DNA of 64,000 bases, from positions 72,664,001-72,728,000 of the forward strand of contig NC_042997.1 in the NCBI RefSeq assembly GCF_006345805.1, read 5' to 3'. A program made the position numbers and the translations under genes. Shown here one piece after another: positions 36,469 to 50,949 of the stretch (the stretch's first letter is position 1; each line of letters begins with the position of its first letter). Under the pieces are notes generated by a model. That model was given only the letters and a program-made list of their open reading frames with translations. It had not been told where the DNA came from and did no database searches. This DNA comes from Octopus sinensis. Taxonomy: Eukaryota.

Positions 36469-39400
36469 GTTTAAGAGAAATACACCGTGGGACGTTTAAG
36501 ATGTAAGAACGATAAAACAGAGCAGCTCCGAAATATATCCACAAACATCGAAAACAAGGACATCGTATGGAGCCAAAGATTTACTAACAAAGGATTGGAC
36601 TGTATCCGAGTAAGTAATACTCATTGAAATTTATTACTATTTTCGAAACGAAATGATGCATTTTAACTCGATATCATCTCCACCTCTAACACAACACATG
36701 TAAACATGCGTGAAACATTATGATCCATCAACACCAGATCATCCCCGACCCCAAACACCATGTACAAAGGAACTACGAAGAAATTAAATACCACCGATAT
36801 TATTCAACCCAAGAATAACAATCGGGAGGTACGTACTTTAAACTTACAACACAAAATGTACGAAAAACTACACGTGCAAAACAATGTGACAACAGAAATG
36901 AACGGACCGGTACCCTACGAAAACGACGACCGTCAAAATAATGGGCCGGACGTTGTTCCTCATGTCCCGCAAATAAAATCCAAAAGACATAAATGGACAC
37001 GTGAGGAATACATTTCTATCCTACACGCATACTTCACAGCAGTGCTCTTCCCAAAAAATGAAAACACAACAACACATACATATAAAATATGGAAGGAAAA
37101 TAACGTAAATATAGACTTGGATACAGAAATGAACCATAATAAACTAGCCAACGTACGAAGATACATTCTCAACGCAAAAAAAATCAGAAATAGAAATAGA
37201 ACATCTAAAAGAAAAAAATACATCAGGAAAATGTAGATAGAAGCCACACAACAATGTCCAATAATATAAACACTGAAACAGTAAAACACGAAGACAAACG
37301 TAACATTCCCAACAAACACGATGTTAACAAAAAACAACAAACCCAGACCGTAAGGATGCATAATAATACACGACAAACAGCAAGCCAAAACGCGGCAAAC
37401 AAACATATAAATAAGAAAGAAAGCGACACAAATCTAAAACCTGGAAACAACGAAGAGGAGCCGAATGATTATGATAATATAAAAAGTAAAATAATCAAAG
37501 AACTGAAAACCACAGAGCTCAAAATGGACCACCGACCATACCTCCCAAAAATCAAAATAGACGAAATAACAACACCAATTATAAACAGCATAAACCTAGC
37601 CGTCATGGAACTAATAGCCACTGAAACAAAAAGCGATATCACTAAGCTAAATGACTTAGTATACGCAGCAGCCACTGCAGCCACAAAAGAAGTTGGATAC
37701 TCACTCAATCCCATCCAAACAGGAGTACCACCACCCAAACAAACCCTGTGGATAAATAACATCCAAAACAAAATACAAAAAATGAGAAAAGATCTGTCGA
37801 TTCTTAATGAAATCAGTAGACAATCAACGCTACTGAGCAACAAAAAGAAAACAAAAATACTCCGCAAATATAACATGACAGAAAAACATTTACCTGAGAT
37901 AAAAGAAAAGCTGAAGCAAGATATCCTTGCCAAAGCACAAAGGATCCGCCGGTACGAGAAACGCCAGCGCTTCTTTGAACAAAACAAAAAGTTCAGCTCC
38001 AACCCCAAAATGTTCTACCAAGAATAAAATAGAAATCACTGCAGCACCAACGGCAGAAGAAGTGGAAGAATTCTGGAGAGAAATATGGTCGGCGAACGAA
38101 CAACCAAAAAAAAGGAGTATTAAAACAACAAACTCAGCATCTGAGCAACTTTGGACCCCCATAACAATTGAAGAGGTCACCCAGGCACTGCAAAGACTAA
38201 GCAACTGGAAGGCACCTGGGCATGACAAGATCCCCAACTTCTGGTTGAAATATCTAACAGGAATGCACAAAAAGCTGGTTGAAAATTTTAATAACATACT
38301 GGCAGAGCCAGAGACAATCCCTGAATGGCTCACGAAGGGGAAAACCATCTTAATTCCTAAATTAAATGAGACAGCAAAACCAGAAAACTACAGACCAATA
38401 ACCTGTCTCCCTACAACGTACAAGGCATTTACTGCAGTGATATCGCAAAGGTTGAACAAGCACCTGGACGAAAACAACCTGTTTCGAGAAGAGCAGAAAG
38501 GATGCCGCAAAGGCTCATATGGCTGTAAAGATCAACTAATGATTAATAAAGTCATAACTGAAGACAGCCACAGAAAGAAGAAAGGCCTCAGTATGGCCTG
38601 GATTGACTACAAAAAGGCGTTTGATAGCATCCCCCACACATGGATCCTCGAAACACTAACCATTAACAAAGTAGCACCAACAATTATAAAATTCATAGGG
38701 CACTCTATGAATACATGGCAAACAGTGCTACAGCTCCAAACAAAAGAGGGACTCATGAAAACCAAAGCCATTCCCATTAGAAGAGGAATATTCCAGGGAG
38801 ACACGCTCTCTCCACTCCTTTTCTGCTTGGCACTGTCATCTGATATGCTAAATAGAACTGGATGCGGATATAAATGTTACGGCAAAACGATCAGCCACCT
38901 TTTATATATGGATGACCTAAAACTATACGCTGCAAATGACAAACAACTGGAAACACTATTAAAGACAGTTCATGGATTTACCAAAGAAATAGATATGAAA
39001 TTTGGATTAGAAAAATGCGCCAAAGTAACCCTGAAAAGAGGAAAACTAGTTAAGAGTAGCAACATCACACTAGATAAAACCAATGAAATAAAAGAATTAG
39101 ACCAAAGCCAAACTTACAAATACTTAGGAATCCATGAACACAACACACACAAATGAAAGAGAAAATAAAAAAAGAATATTATAGACGAGTTAGATCAATA
39201 AAAGCCCCTTCATGGTAAATACTGGATTAAACTAAACGCAAAAGAAATAGACAAAGAAAAATCCCAGTTATTGTTGAGAAGCTCAGCACTCAAATCAGAG
39301 ACAGAGGGATTTTTAATTGCAGCACAAGACCAAAGCCTCCCCACCAGAAATTACCAAAAACATGTAATGAAAAGAAATATAACAAGTAACTGCAGAATAT

Positions 39401-40040
39401 GTGGAGATGGACAAGAAACAATAAATCATATTATCTCTGGCTGCCCAGTCCTGGCTAAGAAGGAATATATTCACAGACATGACAGAGTTGGAACCTATAT
39501 ACACTGGAAGCTATGCCAACATTATGGAATAACAACAGAAAAAAGATGGTATAGGCACACACCAGAAAAGGTTACAGAAAACGAGAAAGCAATCATACTC
39601 TGGGATATGCCGATACACACAGATAGAGAAATTAAGGCCAACAGACCAGATATAGTTGTCAGAGATCATGAAGAAAAAAAAATGCTTTCCAATTGATGCA
39701 TCAGTACCAACAGATGACAATGTTTCTCTAAAAGAAATGGAGAAACTTTCAAAATACAAAGACCTGGAAATAGAGGTAACCAGAATGTGGAATCTAAAAA
39801 TAGAAACAATTCCTATCATTAGGCATGATAAAAAAAAAAATTCAGACAAATATATAACAAAAACACCAGGACTTACAAACATACAGAAAATTGCACTACT
39901 AGGCACTGCACACATCCTACGCAAAATACTTTCAATACAGTAACCATCAGAGCATCACAACAAATCACAGCACATACCTAAGGCACACAGAGCTGCGCTC
40001 GGTAGTGAAGTGAAAGCACACTATAAAAATAAAACTACTG
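36469..40040 (+). mobile_element. Near full-length R4/Dong-like RLE LINE, family B, internally deleted near 39200, inside (TAA)n
   Basis: KWTREEY N-terminal motif; RT ORF 37927-39156 (FQGDTLSPLLF, YMDDLKLY); CRICGDGQETINH...C; RPDIVV; ends aaaactactg|(aat)n. Confidence 0.93.
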
Positions 40041-40059
40041 AATAATAATAATAATAATG

Positions 40060-40106
<47 letters not shown>

Positions 40107-40212
40107 TATAATTATAACAACAACAACAACAGCAACAGCAACAGCAGCAGCATCAGCAGCAGCAGCAGCAGCAACAACGACAACAACAACAACAACAACA
40201 ACAATAATAATG

Positions 40213-40305
40213 CACCCTTATCAGACGAGTAGTCATGATGGGTATACTGGGCTTCGTATATTTTACCCCAGTGTCACTTTGATGGCATGCACTGTTCTCT
40301 CACTC
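40213..40305 (+). mobile_element. Fragment (ctctcactc end) of the 556-bp TAA-flanked element
   Basis: Matches 44408-44498; TAA on both sides. Confidence 0.88.
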
Positions 40306-40354
40306 AATAATAATAATAGTAATTACAATAATAATAATAGTAATAATAATAATA

Positions 40355-40532
40355 AATTTTGCCAGAAGGGCAGCAATTTTGGATGAGCGTTCAGCTGATA
40401 CTTATTTCATCGACCCCGAAAGGATGAAAGGCAAAGTCGACCTCGACGGAATTTGAACTCAGAACGTAGCGGCAGACGAAATACCGCTGACCATTTCGCC
40501 CGGTATGCTAAAGATTCTTCCAGCTCACCGCC
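40355..40532 (-). mobile_element. tRNA-derived SINE family B
   Basis: Minus strand ggcggtgagctgg head, box B gttcaaattcc, (TTA)n tail. Confidence 0.88.
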
Positions 40533-41332
<800 letters not shown>

Positions 41333-41349
41333 AATATTAATAATAATAA

Positions 41350-41562
41350 TCTTTTCTACTAAAATCACAAGGCCTGAAATTTGTGGGGAGGTGATTAGTC
41401 AATTATATTGACCCCAGTGTTTCACTGGTACTTATTCAATCGACCCCGAAAGGATGAAAGACAAAGTCAACCTCGGCAGAAGTTGATCACATAACGCAGC
41501 GCCGGACAAAATGCCGCTAAGCATTTTACATGGTATGTTAACGAATCTGCCAGCTCCCCACC
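41350..41562 (-). mobile_element. SINE family B, full length
   Basis: Head ggtggggagctggcagattcg; tail ccttgtg...agaaaagattatta. Confidence 0.88.
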
Positions 41563-41585
41563 TTAGAAATAATAATAATAATAAT

Positions 41586-41686
41586 ATCAGAGCATCACAA
41601 CAAATCACAGCACATACCCAAGGTACACAGAGCTGCGCTCGGTAGTGAAGTGAAAGCACGCTATAAAAATAAAAATAAAACTACTG
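41586..41686 (+). mobile_element. Isolated 3' UTR of LINE family B
   Basis: Nearly identical to 39946-40040; TAA flanks. Confidence 0.92.
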
Positions 41687-41720
41687 AATAATAATAATAA
41701 TAATAATAGTAATAATAATA

Positions 41721-42721
41721 AGAGCACTCAGAGAGCGCAAACCTCCGCCAAGGTGACATCAACGTCCTCTCAACGATTAACCGGAGATGATTTTTAAAAT
41801 GAGAATATCTTAAATAAACTCGACTACTCTTACAAACGAGAATACTAAAAATGAACCCGATCGCTCTCAAAAATTAAATAAAAAAAAAACGAAAAAATAA
41901 TCCCAGAATGGTAGTCAAGGAATGTGAGGAGGAATGTGCGGGCCGTATTTGTAATGCTGTGTGTGTGTCGTCTGCTGTGGGAAGAGGGACAGTTTTCTCT
42001 ATGAAGGACTTTTGTAATATATCCACTGAAATAGTGTCTTTATGACCATTAAAGTCTATAGTGAAAAATTTATCCGTGCATGAAAGAAAACGGAAAGGAC
42101 ATGCATACGGTGCTATGAACTCACAAAAGTGTGAGTCCAAGTAAAGCTTCCTTCAAGGCAGAGCTAGAAATGCAATTGTCAAGTAGGAAAGATGTTTTAA
42201 ACAGAAGCGATATATTCAAAATTGGTAAAACTAAAAATTGTGGATGACAAATGAAATTTATTATTGTTACTGAATATGCTAGTGCTATTTAATTTCTGAA
42301 CGGTTTTGCTGCCGTTTGCTTATGTAGTTTGATTTCGTTGTCCATTAGTTTCTACTAAGTAAGAGACGCGAGTAAAATCAATAGAGAAATGAAAATAAAA
42401 TTTTGGAAACAGCAACGTCGCCATAACTTACGTGGAAACCATAAGCGTGCTTTCAAGGGAGATAATCAGAGAAAGATTTGAAAGTGAACGTAAGATCGCA
42501 ATACTTCATGTAAAGTAAATATAACAAATAATCCAGAATCCTTGTTCGATACCGGATCGATCCCAAAATCTAATCAGTTCATGCCAGTTACGAGGTCAAA
42601 CATACCTGAAAGTTTCATCCGAATACATCCAGCGGTTCCTGATATACCTTACCCACGGACAAACAAACAAACAAACAAACACGAGTGAAAAGAATACTTC
42701 CACCTTCGCTAAGGCGGAGGT
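41721..42721 (-). mobile_element. Helentron-associated (HINE/DINE-1-like) non-autonomous element, ~1 kb
   Basis: SubTIR acctccgcc at both ends with a partial inverted copy at one end, (gttt)n next to it, hairpin gcgctc-tct-gagtgc at the other end; no TSD. Confidence 0.72.
41900..42170 (-). pseudogene. Gypsy integrase C-terminal (GPY/F-type) fragment inside the HINE
   Basis: APYACPFRFLSCTDKFFTIDFNGHKDTISVDILQ resembles PPYxGPxxVLxRxxKxFxIxxxGxxDxVSIDRLK. Confidence 0.65.
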
Positions 42722-42884
42722 AATAATAATAGAAATGGGGATTTGAAGGTGGAAACACATGGTACAATTATTGAGTCGAAAGAGTACTAGAGCTGGAGAA
42801 ATGTAAGATCTTGTAAGACTTTCCAATTCAAACGGACAAGAAATTAGAAAACAATTAACCAGATCTTACAATTATGGATGAGGA

Positions 42885-43637
42885 AAAGCGAAGTTGCTTA
42901 CTTATCGACCCATCATGTCCATTTGATTCCAGGATCGTAACGAAAGAGGAAGAAAAACAAAAGAAAAAGACAATACAATCCCCTGAAATTTGAAATTTGG
43001 AGCATGCGAACAGTAAAGGTGGTGCTTACGATAATTGATATGCAGGGATCAGTAAGCCAAGATCTAGACAAATGGCTGAGGGAGTTTGAAATAGAATGCC
43101 CGGTAGATCTACAAAACGTTTGACTCTGAGGGACAGCAAGGATTATCAGGAGGGTCCTAAGCACGTAAAAGAAGTACAAGATGTTGTGGTACTTTAACAT
43201 TCAGACTGACAGAGTAATAGAAGCTAGAAGGTCTGATTTGGTAGTAGTAGATAAAGAGAGTAGAAAGGCCCAGATAATTGACTTTATAGTTCCAAATGAT
43301 GAAAAGATTAATATACGAAAAATAGCAAAGTACCAGGACCTAGCTATTGAATTACAGAAACTTTGGAAAGTGTGGGTAAAATGTAGTTATAGGTGCATTG
43401 GGAACTATTCCTAAAGATGTGAATAGATAGATAGAAGAGATAGGCGTAAAACCCAGTTTAGTACAGCAGCAGAAAACAGTATTATTAGGGACAGCTAGGA
43501 TACTTAGGAGGGTTCTTGGAATCTAAGGTTACTTGCTTTAACCCGATACGAGGGTTCTTGGCCTCTAAAGCAGCTTGTTGTAGCCCGATGTTAGGATTCT
43601 TTTATTTTCCAACAGTCTAATCTGTTGAGTGTATATG
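42885..43637 (+). mobile_element. Composite of two RLE LINE 3' fragments
   Basis: 42885-43167 resembles the element at 61.4-61.8 kb; 43175-43530 encodes LWYFNIQTDRVIEARRSDLVVVDK; TAA tail. Confidence 0.78.
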
Positions 43638-43653
43638 AATAATAATAATAATA

Positions 43654-43706
<53 letters not shown>

Positions 43707-43708
<2 letters not shown>

Positions 43709-44498
43709 GCCCTGATGCAGTACCAGGCAGTATGCCCTGATGCAGTACCAGGCAGTATGCCCTGATGCAGTACCAGGCAGTATGCCCTGATGCAGTACCA
43801 GGCAGTATGCCCTGATGCAGTACCAGGCAGTGGCTCTCATGGCTTCTGATCTTAACTGATTGGAAGTGTTATCAATGCCCTGATGCAGTACCAGGCAGTG
43901 GCTCTCATGGCTTCTGATCTTAACTGATTGGAAGTGTTATCAATGCCCTGATGCAGTACCAGGCAGTGGCTCTCATGGCTTCTGATCTTAACTGATTGGA
44001 AGTGTTATCATGTACATTGTTTTGTCTTGGTATAAAAGATGGGCTACAGCAAATATTCTGCTCAATACCACAGATTTGCTTGTCAGTAGTTTGACTTTAA
44101 CCAGTTGAGCATGTCCCTTAGTGGCTGACGATGTGTGCATCTCTGATCACGAGCAGAAGTAGTGGGGGAGCATCATAGCCATGTGTTGAGAGGGATTCTT
44201 TGGAGTTTGAATAATTCACCTCTGGAAACATGGGTGGTTCTTTCAACATCCTTAAACAACCCTTATTCAGGGACCTTTTGAGCGGGATGGGCAACTCAAC
44301 CTGAAGAAAATTCTAACTGGGCCCCAACTGCAAGGTCATGTGCTGTTTATCTTGATATGAGATCACCATGTCGCGCACATATGGTTGTGATGCATGTGCC
44401 TGGTGTACCCTTATCAGACGGGTAGTCATGATGGGTATATTGGGCTTCGTATATTTCACCCCAGTGTCACTTTGATGGCATGAACTGCTCTCTCACTC
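43707..44498 (+). mobile_element. 556-bp TAA-flanked non-autonomous element (43943-44498) preceded by 4x25-bp and 2x68-bp copies of its own end
   Basis: Units atgccctgatgcagtaccaggcagt start at 43707, 43732, 43757, 43782; 68-bp units at 43807, 43875; body matches 60360-60915. Confidence 0.92.
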
Positions 44499-44558
<60 letters not shown>

Positions 44559-44638
44559 TAATAATAATAATTTTCAACTAGCAATAACCACGCCTCGGAT
44601 AACCCTCATTGGCTATGGTACCGCCTCTGCGCAATAGT

Positions 44639-44955
44639 AATTTCATTTATTTGCCACCAGGGGAATATTACAAAGACAGACACAAAATGTTGGTCTTTAC
44701 ATTTAATGAAATGATAAAATAAATAAATAAATAGATAATTAATAAATAAATAAAAGGAGTAAGTATAGCCAGTGTACAATGAAAAAGAAGGGAAATATAT
44801 ATATATAGTATACAAAAGTTTAAAAAGTTGTTGGTGATTGAGATGTAGCACTCTTGATACAGGATGACCTCTAAGGATGATCGATGAAACCCACCGTCCA
44901 AGATCACTTTGAATATCAAGGGCAAGTGCCCTCTCCAGTTCTTTTTCTCCGATAA
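44639..44955 (-). mobile_element. 3' end of an unidentified LINE-like element (related to 11462-11750)
   Basis: Shared terminal blocks. Confidence 0.6.
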
Positions 44956-45040
44956 AATAATTACCAGTTGAATACTGGGTCGATGTAATCGGCTTACCCC
45001 CCCCCCCGAAACTTGCTGGCCTTGTGCCAAAATTTGAAAC

Positions 45041-45043
<3 letters not shown>
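44956..45043 (+). mobile_element. SINE family B 3' fragment
   Basis: ctgggtcgatgtaatcg...ggccttgtgccaaaatttgaaacc + (att)n. Confidence 0.8.
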
Positions 45044-45093
<50 letters not shown>

Positions 45094-45156
45094 TATTATT
45101 ATTATTATTATTATTATCATTATTATTATCATTATTATTATCATTATTATTATTCA

Positions 45157-45480
45157 ATATGTCACAGTTTCAGACAAATTTCTACTACATCACTTGGTAC
45201 ACCTCCTTGTTGCTAGGATGTGTGCTGCATTGTGTATTTTTTTTGTTGTGTTGGGTATGTGCAAACTGTTCCCTGTACTGTATTGCGTCAGCTTTTATTT
45301 TGTTATGGGGTCTGGCTCCAGTCCTTTGTTGTATTAGTGTTTGTATTGTGTGTTGTGTTCTTTCGTTGGGTAAGCGGTCTGTAGGTCGCCGTTTATTTTG
45401 GATGTTTGTTTTATAGAGCGAAATTTGTGTTTGTCGATTGTTTTGTTTGGGTTGCATAATTGAATTGATAGTGCCGTACG
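45157..45480 (-). mobile_element. Probable 3' end of another TAA-tailed LINE, diverged
   Basis: A-rich coding-like minus strand ending gtgacatattg|(aat)n. Confidence 0.45.
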
Positions 45481-45516
45481 TAGGATATTATTAGTATGTC
45501 GACTTTGCCTTAATCA

Positions 45517-45602
45517 CTGGGGTCGATGTAATCAACTTAATCCCCTTGTCTGTCCTTGTTTGTCCCTTCTATGTTTAGCCCCCTGTGGGCAACAAAGAAA
45601 TA
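45517..45602 (+). mobile_element. SINE family B 3' fragment with an alternative tail
   Basis: cactggggtcgatgtaatc followed by ttagccccctgtgggcaacaaagaaata. Confidence 0.7.
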
Positions 45603-45611
45603 ATTTATTAC

Positions 45612-45689
<78 letters not shown>

Positions 45690-45704
45690 GTTATTATTAT
45701 TATT

Positions 45705-46375
45705 CTATGTTTGACTTTTGCTTTACATTTGCACAAGTTAGCTCCAAGTCTCACCCAGAGACCTCAAGAGACAACAAGTTGGAAGTTCATGTTGGTGTTA
45801 TGCCTAGGGTGCCATATATTTGGTTTTGTACTTAGTGTTGCACTAGTGAATGCCTAAAAAACCATACGAAAATTATGTTTGTTTTAAAACTTGAGATTGC
45901 ATAGAAAGTATTTTGCATAGGATATGAGCAGTTCCCATGAGCACTATCTTTTGAATTTCTGCCATTTTTGGGTTTCCTGGTATCTGAGTTAGGTAGCAAT
46001 CAGCCCCTTTTGCTATCATTCCCAGGGCACCTATGATAACAGGTATTGTTTTAGTCTTCAGGTTCCACATTTTGCTGATTTCTATTTCCAGATCTTTATA
46101 TTTGCTCAGTTTCTGGTAGGTCTTGACAGATACGTTTATATCGATTGGGACAGTCATATCAATGAGGAGGCATGTTTTTTGTCTGAAGTCTTTTACTATG
46201 ATGTCTGGCCTATTCGCGTCAATCTTTCTGTCAGCTTGAATGGTGAAGTTCCAGAGGAGTGAGATGTGGTCATTTTCAAGTACTGGAGGTGATTTGTGTT
46301 CCCACCAGTTTTTATCATCGGGCAAGTCCAGGCTTTTGCAAATTACCCAGTAAATATATTGTGCAGCTCTATCAT
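45705..46375 (-). mobile_element. 5'-truncated LINE family A (RLE domain + 3' UTR)
   Basis: DRAAQYIYW..DANRPDIIVKDFRQKTCLLIDMTVPID..KILSM; close to 35690-36357. Confidence 0.93.
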
Positions 46376-46381
46376 TATTGT

Positions 46382-46794
46382 TACTCTTTTTACTCTTTAC
46401 TCTTTTACTTGTTTCAGTCATTTGACTGCGGCCATGCTGGAGCACCGCCTTTAGTCGAGCAAATTGACCCTGGGACTTATTCTTTGTAAGCCCAGTACTT
46501 ATTCTATCAGTCTCTTTTGCCGAACCGCTAAGTGACGGGGACGTAAACACACCAGCATTGGTTGTCAAGCAATGCTAGGGGGACAAACATAGGCACACAA
46601 ACACACACATACTCATATATTTATATATATACGACAGGCTTCTTTCAGTTTCCGTCTACCAAATCCACTCACAAGGCATTGGTCAGCCCGGGGCTATAGC
46701 GGAAGACACTTGCCCAAGATGCCACGCAGTGGGACTGAACCCGGAACCATGTGGTTGGTTAGCAAGCTACTTACCACACAGCCACTCCTGCGCC
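46382..46794 (-). mobile_element. SINE family A, full length
   Basis: Reverse complement matches 28681-29107. Confidence 0.93.
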
Positions 46795-46799
46795 TATAT

Positions 46800-46890
46800 T
46801 GTTGTTGTTATTATTATTATTATTATATTATTATTATTATTATTATTACTGTTGTTGTTGTTGTCGTCATCATCGTCATCATCGTCATCG

Positions 46891-46954
<64 letters not shown>

Positions 46955-46970
46955 TATCATCATTGTTATT
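46800..46970. repeat. Compound (TTA)/(TTG)/(TCA)n microsatellite
   Basis: Directly visible. Confidence 0.95.
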
Positions 46971-46973
46971 ATT

Positions 46974-48985
46974 CAGCAGTCTTATCTTTATTGCGTGCTT
47001 TCACTGCACTACCGAGCTCAGTTCTGTGTGCCTTGGGGATGTGCTGTGGTTTGTTACTGTATGGAAAGTGTTTTACGTCGGATGTGTGCAGTACCTAGTA
47101 ATGCTATTTTCTGTATGTTATGTATATTTTTTAGTCCTAGTGCTTTTGTTATGTATATGTCTGAATATATTTTTCTATCATACCTAATGTGCCTATTATG
47201 ATAGGAATTTTTCTGTTTTTAGACTCCATATTCGAGTTACCTCTGTTTCCAGATATTTGTATTTTGAAAGCTTCTCCATTTCTTTTTGAGAAACATTGTC
47301 ATCTGTTGGTACTGGTACATCAATTAGAAAGCATTTTTTCTTGATGATCTCTGACAACTATATCCGGCCTACTGGCCTTAATTTCTCTGTGTGTATTGGC
47401 ATATCGTATAGTATAGTTGCTTTCTCATTTTCTGTGACCTTTTCTGGCGTGTGATTATACCATCTTTTTTCTGTTGTTATTCCATAATATTAGCATAGCT
47501 TCCAGTGTATATAGGTCCCAACTCTGCCGTGTCTGTGAATATATTCTTTCTTAGCCAAGACTGGGCAGTCAGAGACAATATAGTTTATTGTTTCTTGCCC
47601 ATCACATATTCTACATTTACTAGTTATGTTTCTTTTCCTTATATGTTTTTGGTAATTTCTGGTGGGGAGGCTTTGGTCTTGTGCTGCAATTAAAATTCCT
47701 TCTGTCTCTGCTGTCAGTCCTGAGTTTCTCAACCATTCTTGGAATTTTGCCTTGTCTATTTCTTTTGCGTTTAGTTTTTTTTTTAATCCAGTATTTGCTA
47801 TGAAGGGGCTTTTCTTGCCATCGTTTTATTATGATCTGTTGCTGTTCCAGTTTTAGTTTGGATTTTAGTTGTTTTAATCTTTTGTTGTTTCTTCCTTTTC
47901 TTCATAGTTGTTAGATACTATGACTTCTTTTCTGTATTTTTATCTTCCTTAAAAACTGAAAACGGTTTTTTGTTTTGTTCACGTTTTGTGGCTATTTGTA
48001 CTAGTTTTCCATGCTTCTGATGTAGGTATTTGTATAGTCCAATGTTGGTAATTTTGTAATAGTTTTCTAGCTGTATAAAGCCTCTACCAACTTCGATACG
48101 TTGTATATATAACCTTTCTATGTCAGATTTTAGGTAGTGCATCCTGAATACTGTCGTTATTTTTCTTGTTTTCCTGTCTACTTTGATTAGTTCATTTAGT
48201 GTCCAGTTAACTTATAACTGGGACGGTTAGAGTGTTGATACCTATTATCTTGTTTTCGGCATTGAGCTCTGTTTTCAGTATTAATCTAACTCATCTATAG
48301 CATTCTTTTTTATTATTTTCTCTTTCATACGTGTGTTGCATCGTATCTAGTTCATTGATTCCTAAGTATTTGCATGTCTGGCTTTGGTCTAATTATCTTA
48401 TTTCATTTGCCTTATCTAGTGTGATGTTGCTACTCTTAACTAGTTTTCCTCTTTTCAAAGTTGTTTTGGCACATCTTTTTAAGCCAAATTTCATGTTTAT
48501 TTCTTTGGTAAATCCATGTACTCTCTGTAGTAATATTTCCAGCTGTTTATCATTTGTAGCGTACAATTTTAGGTTATCCATATATAAGAGGTGGTTGATT
48601 GTTTTGCTGTAACAGTTGTATCCACATCCAGTTCTGTTTAGCATGATAGATAAAAGTATCAGTACCAAGCAAAAAAAGAGTGGAGAGAGCACGTTCCTCT
48701 TCTAATGGGGACAGCTTTGGTTTTCACGAGTCCTTCTATTGTCTGGAGCTGTAGCACTGTCTGCCATTTATTCATGGAATGAATAAATGATCATTGGTAC
48801 TACCTTGTTCATGGCTAATGTTTCTAGGATCCATGTGTGGGGAATGCTATCAAAAGCCTCTCGGTAATCGATCCAGGCCATACTTAGGCCCTTCTTCCTT
48901 CTGTGGCTGCCTTCAGTTATGGCTTTATTAATCATTAGCTGATCTTTACAGCCTTATGAGCCCTTGCAGCATCCCTTCTGCTCTT
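46974..48985 (-). mobile_element. 5'-truncated, diverged LINE family B
   Basis: RT (YMDNLKLY), TEGILIAAQDQSLPTRNYQ, family-B 3' UTR. Confidence 0.9.
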
Positions 48986-48997
48986 ATCATTATTATT

Positions 48998-49140
48998 CAG
49001 TGAGAGAGCAGCGCATGCCATCAAGTTACAGTGGGGTACAATTTTACAAAGCCCAATATACCCATCATGACTACCTCTCTGATAAGGGTACACCAGGCAC
49101 ATGCATCACAGCCACATGTGCGCGTCATGGTGATCTTATA
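48998..49140 (-). mobile_element. Fragment of the 556-bp element fused to a family A LINE fragment
   Basis: cagtgagagagcagcgcatgcc...ggtgatcttata joins directly to gttggctccaagtctc. Confidence 0.85.
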
Positions 49141-49894
<754 letters not shown>

Positions 49895-49899
49895 TCATT

Positions 49900-50593
49900 C
49901 AGTAGTTTTATTTTTATAGCGTGCTTTCACTTCACTACCGGGCGCAGCTCTGTGTGCCTTGGGTATGTGCTATGATTTGTTGTGATGCTCTGATAGTTAT
50001 TGTATGGAAAGTGTTCTGCGTAGGATGTGTGCAGTGCCTAGTAGTGCAATTTTCTGTATGTTATATGTGTTTGTAAGTCCTGGTGTTTTTGTTATGTATT
50101 TGTCTGAATATTTTTTTATCATGCCTAATGCACCTACTATGATAGGAATTGTTTCTGTTTTCAGATTCCACATTCTAGTTACCTCTATTTCCAGGTCTTT
50201 GTATTTTGAGAGTTCTCCATTTCTTTTAGAGACACGTTGTCATCTGCCGGTATTGATACATCAATTAGAAAGCATTTTTTTCTTCATGATCTCTGACAAC
50301 TATATCTGGTCTGTTGGCCTTAATTTCTCTATCTGTGTGTATCGGCATATCCCAGAGTATGGTTGCTTTCTCGTTTTCTGTGACCTTTTCTGGTGTGTGC
50401 CTATACCATCTTTTTTCTTTTGTTATTCCATAATGTTGGCATAGTTTCCAATGCATGTTGGTTCCAACTCTGTCATGTCTGTGAATATATTCCTTCTTAG
50501 CCAGGACTGGGCAGCTAGAGATAATATGATTTATTGTTTCTTGTCCATCTCCACATATTCTGCAGTTACTTGTTATATTTCTGTTCATTACAT
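49900..50593 (-). mobile_element. 5'-truncated LINE family B
   Basis: CRICGDGQETINH...RPDIVVRD; close to 39360-40040. Confidence 0.93.
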
Positions 50594-50949
50594 GGTATAG
50601 GTATACATAGGTATAAACCTGACGAAGGTGGACGTCAGATTTTTCTACTTTCACTTCTGACAGCTAGTACCATGACAGTGCCAATTTCTTTTTAAAAAGA
50701 CTATTTTCCTAAGTTATGAAGGAAAAACATCGGATCTTGTGAATTTTCCGAAGGCCTCTCCCCACCACCCCTGTTGCTTTCCACGCATTTTTGTTTTCCT
50801 ATTCGTTTCCTACACCTTTTTTTAATACCCGTTGCACTATTTTTTTTTCGATTTCGTTTTCGGGTAGTAATGTCAACACTAACCTCACTATTTCTTTTTT
50901 TTGCTCTAAAATTATTGCATATTTTTTTTAGATTTAACCATTTTCTTCA

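Noticed and set aside
43707-43942. CRISPR-like or satellite array
   Set aside because: Units are contiguous with no unique spacers, and they are copies of the adjacent element's end; no cas genes; eukaryotic context
43968-44200. HDV-like ribozyme starting GGCTCTCATGG in the 556-bp element
   Set aside because: Resembles the HDV start, but I found no P3/L3, P1.1 or properly placed P1 partner
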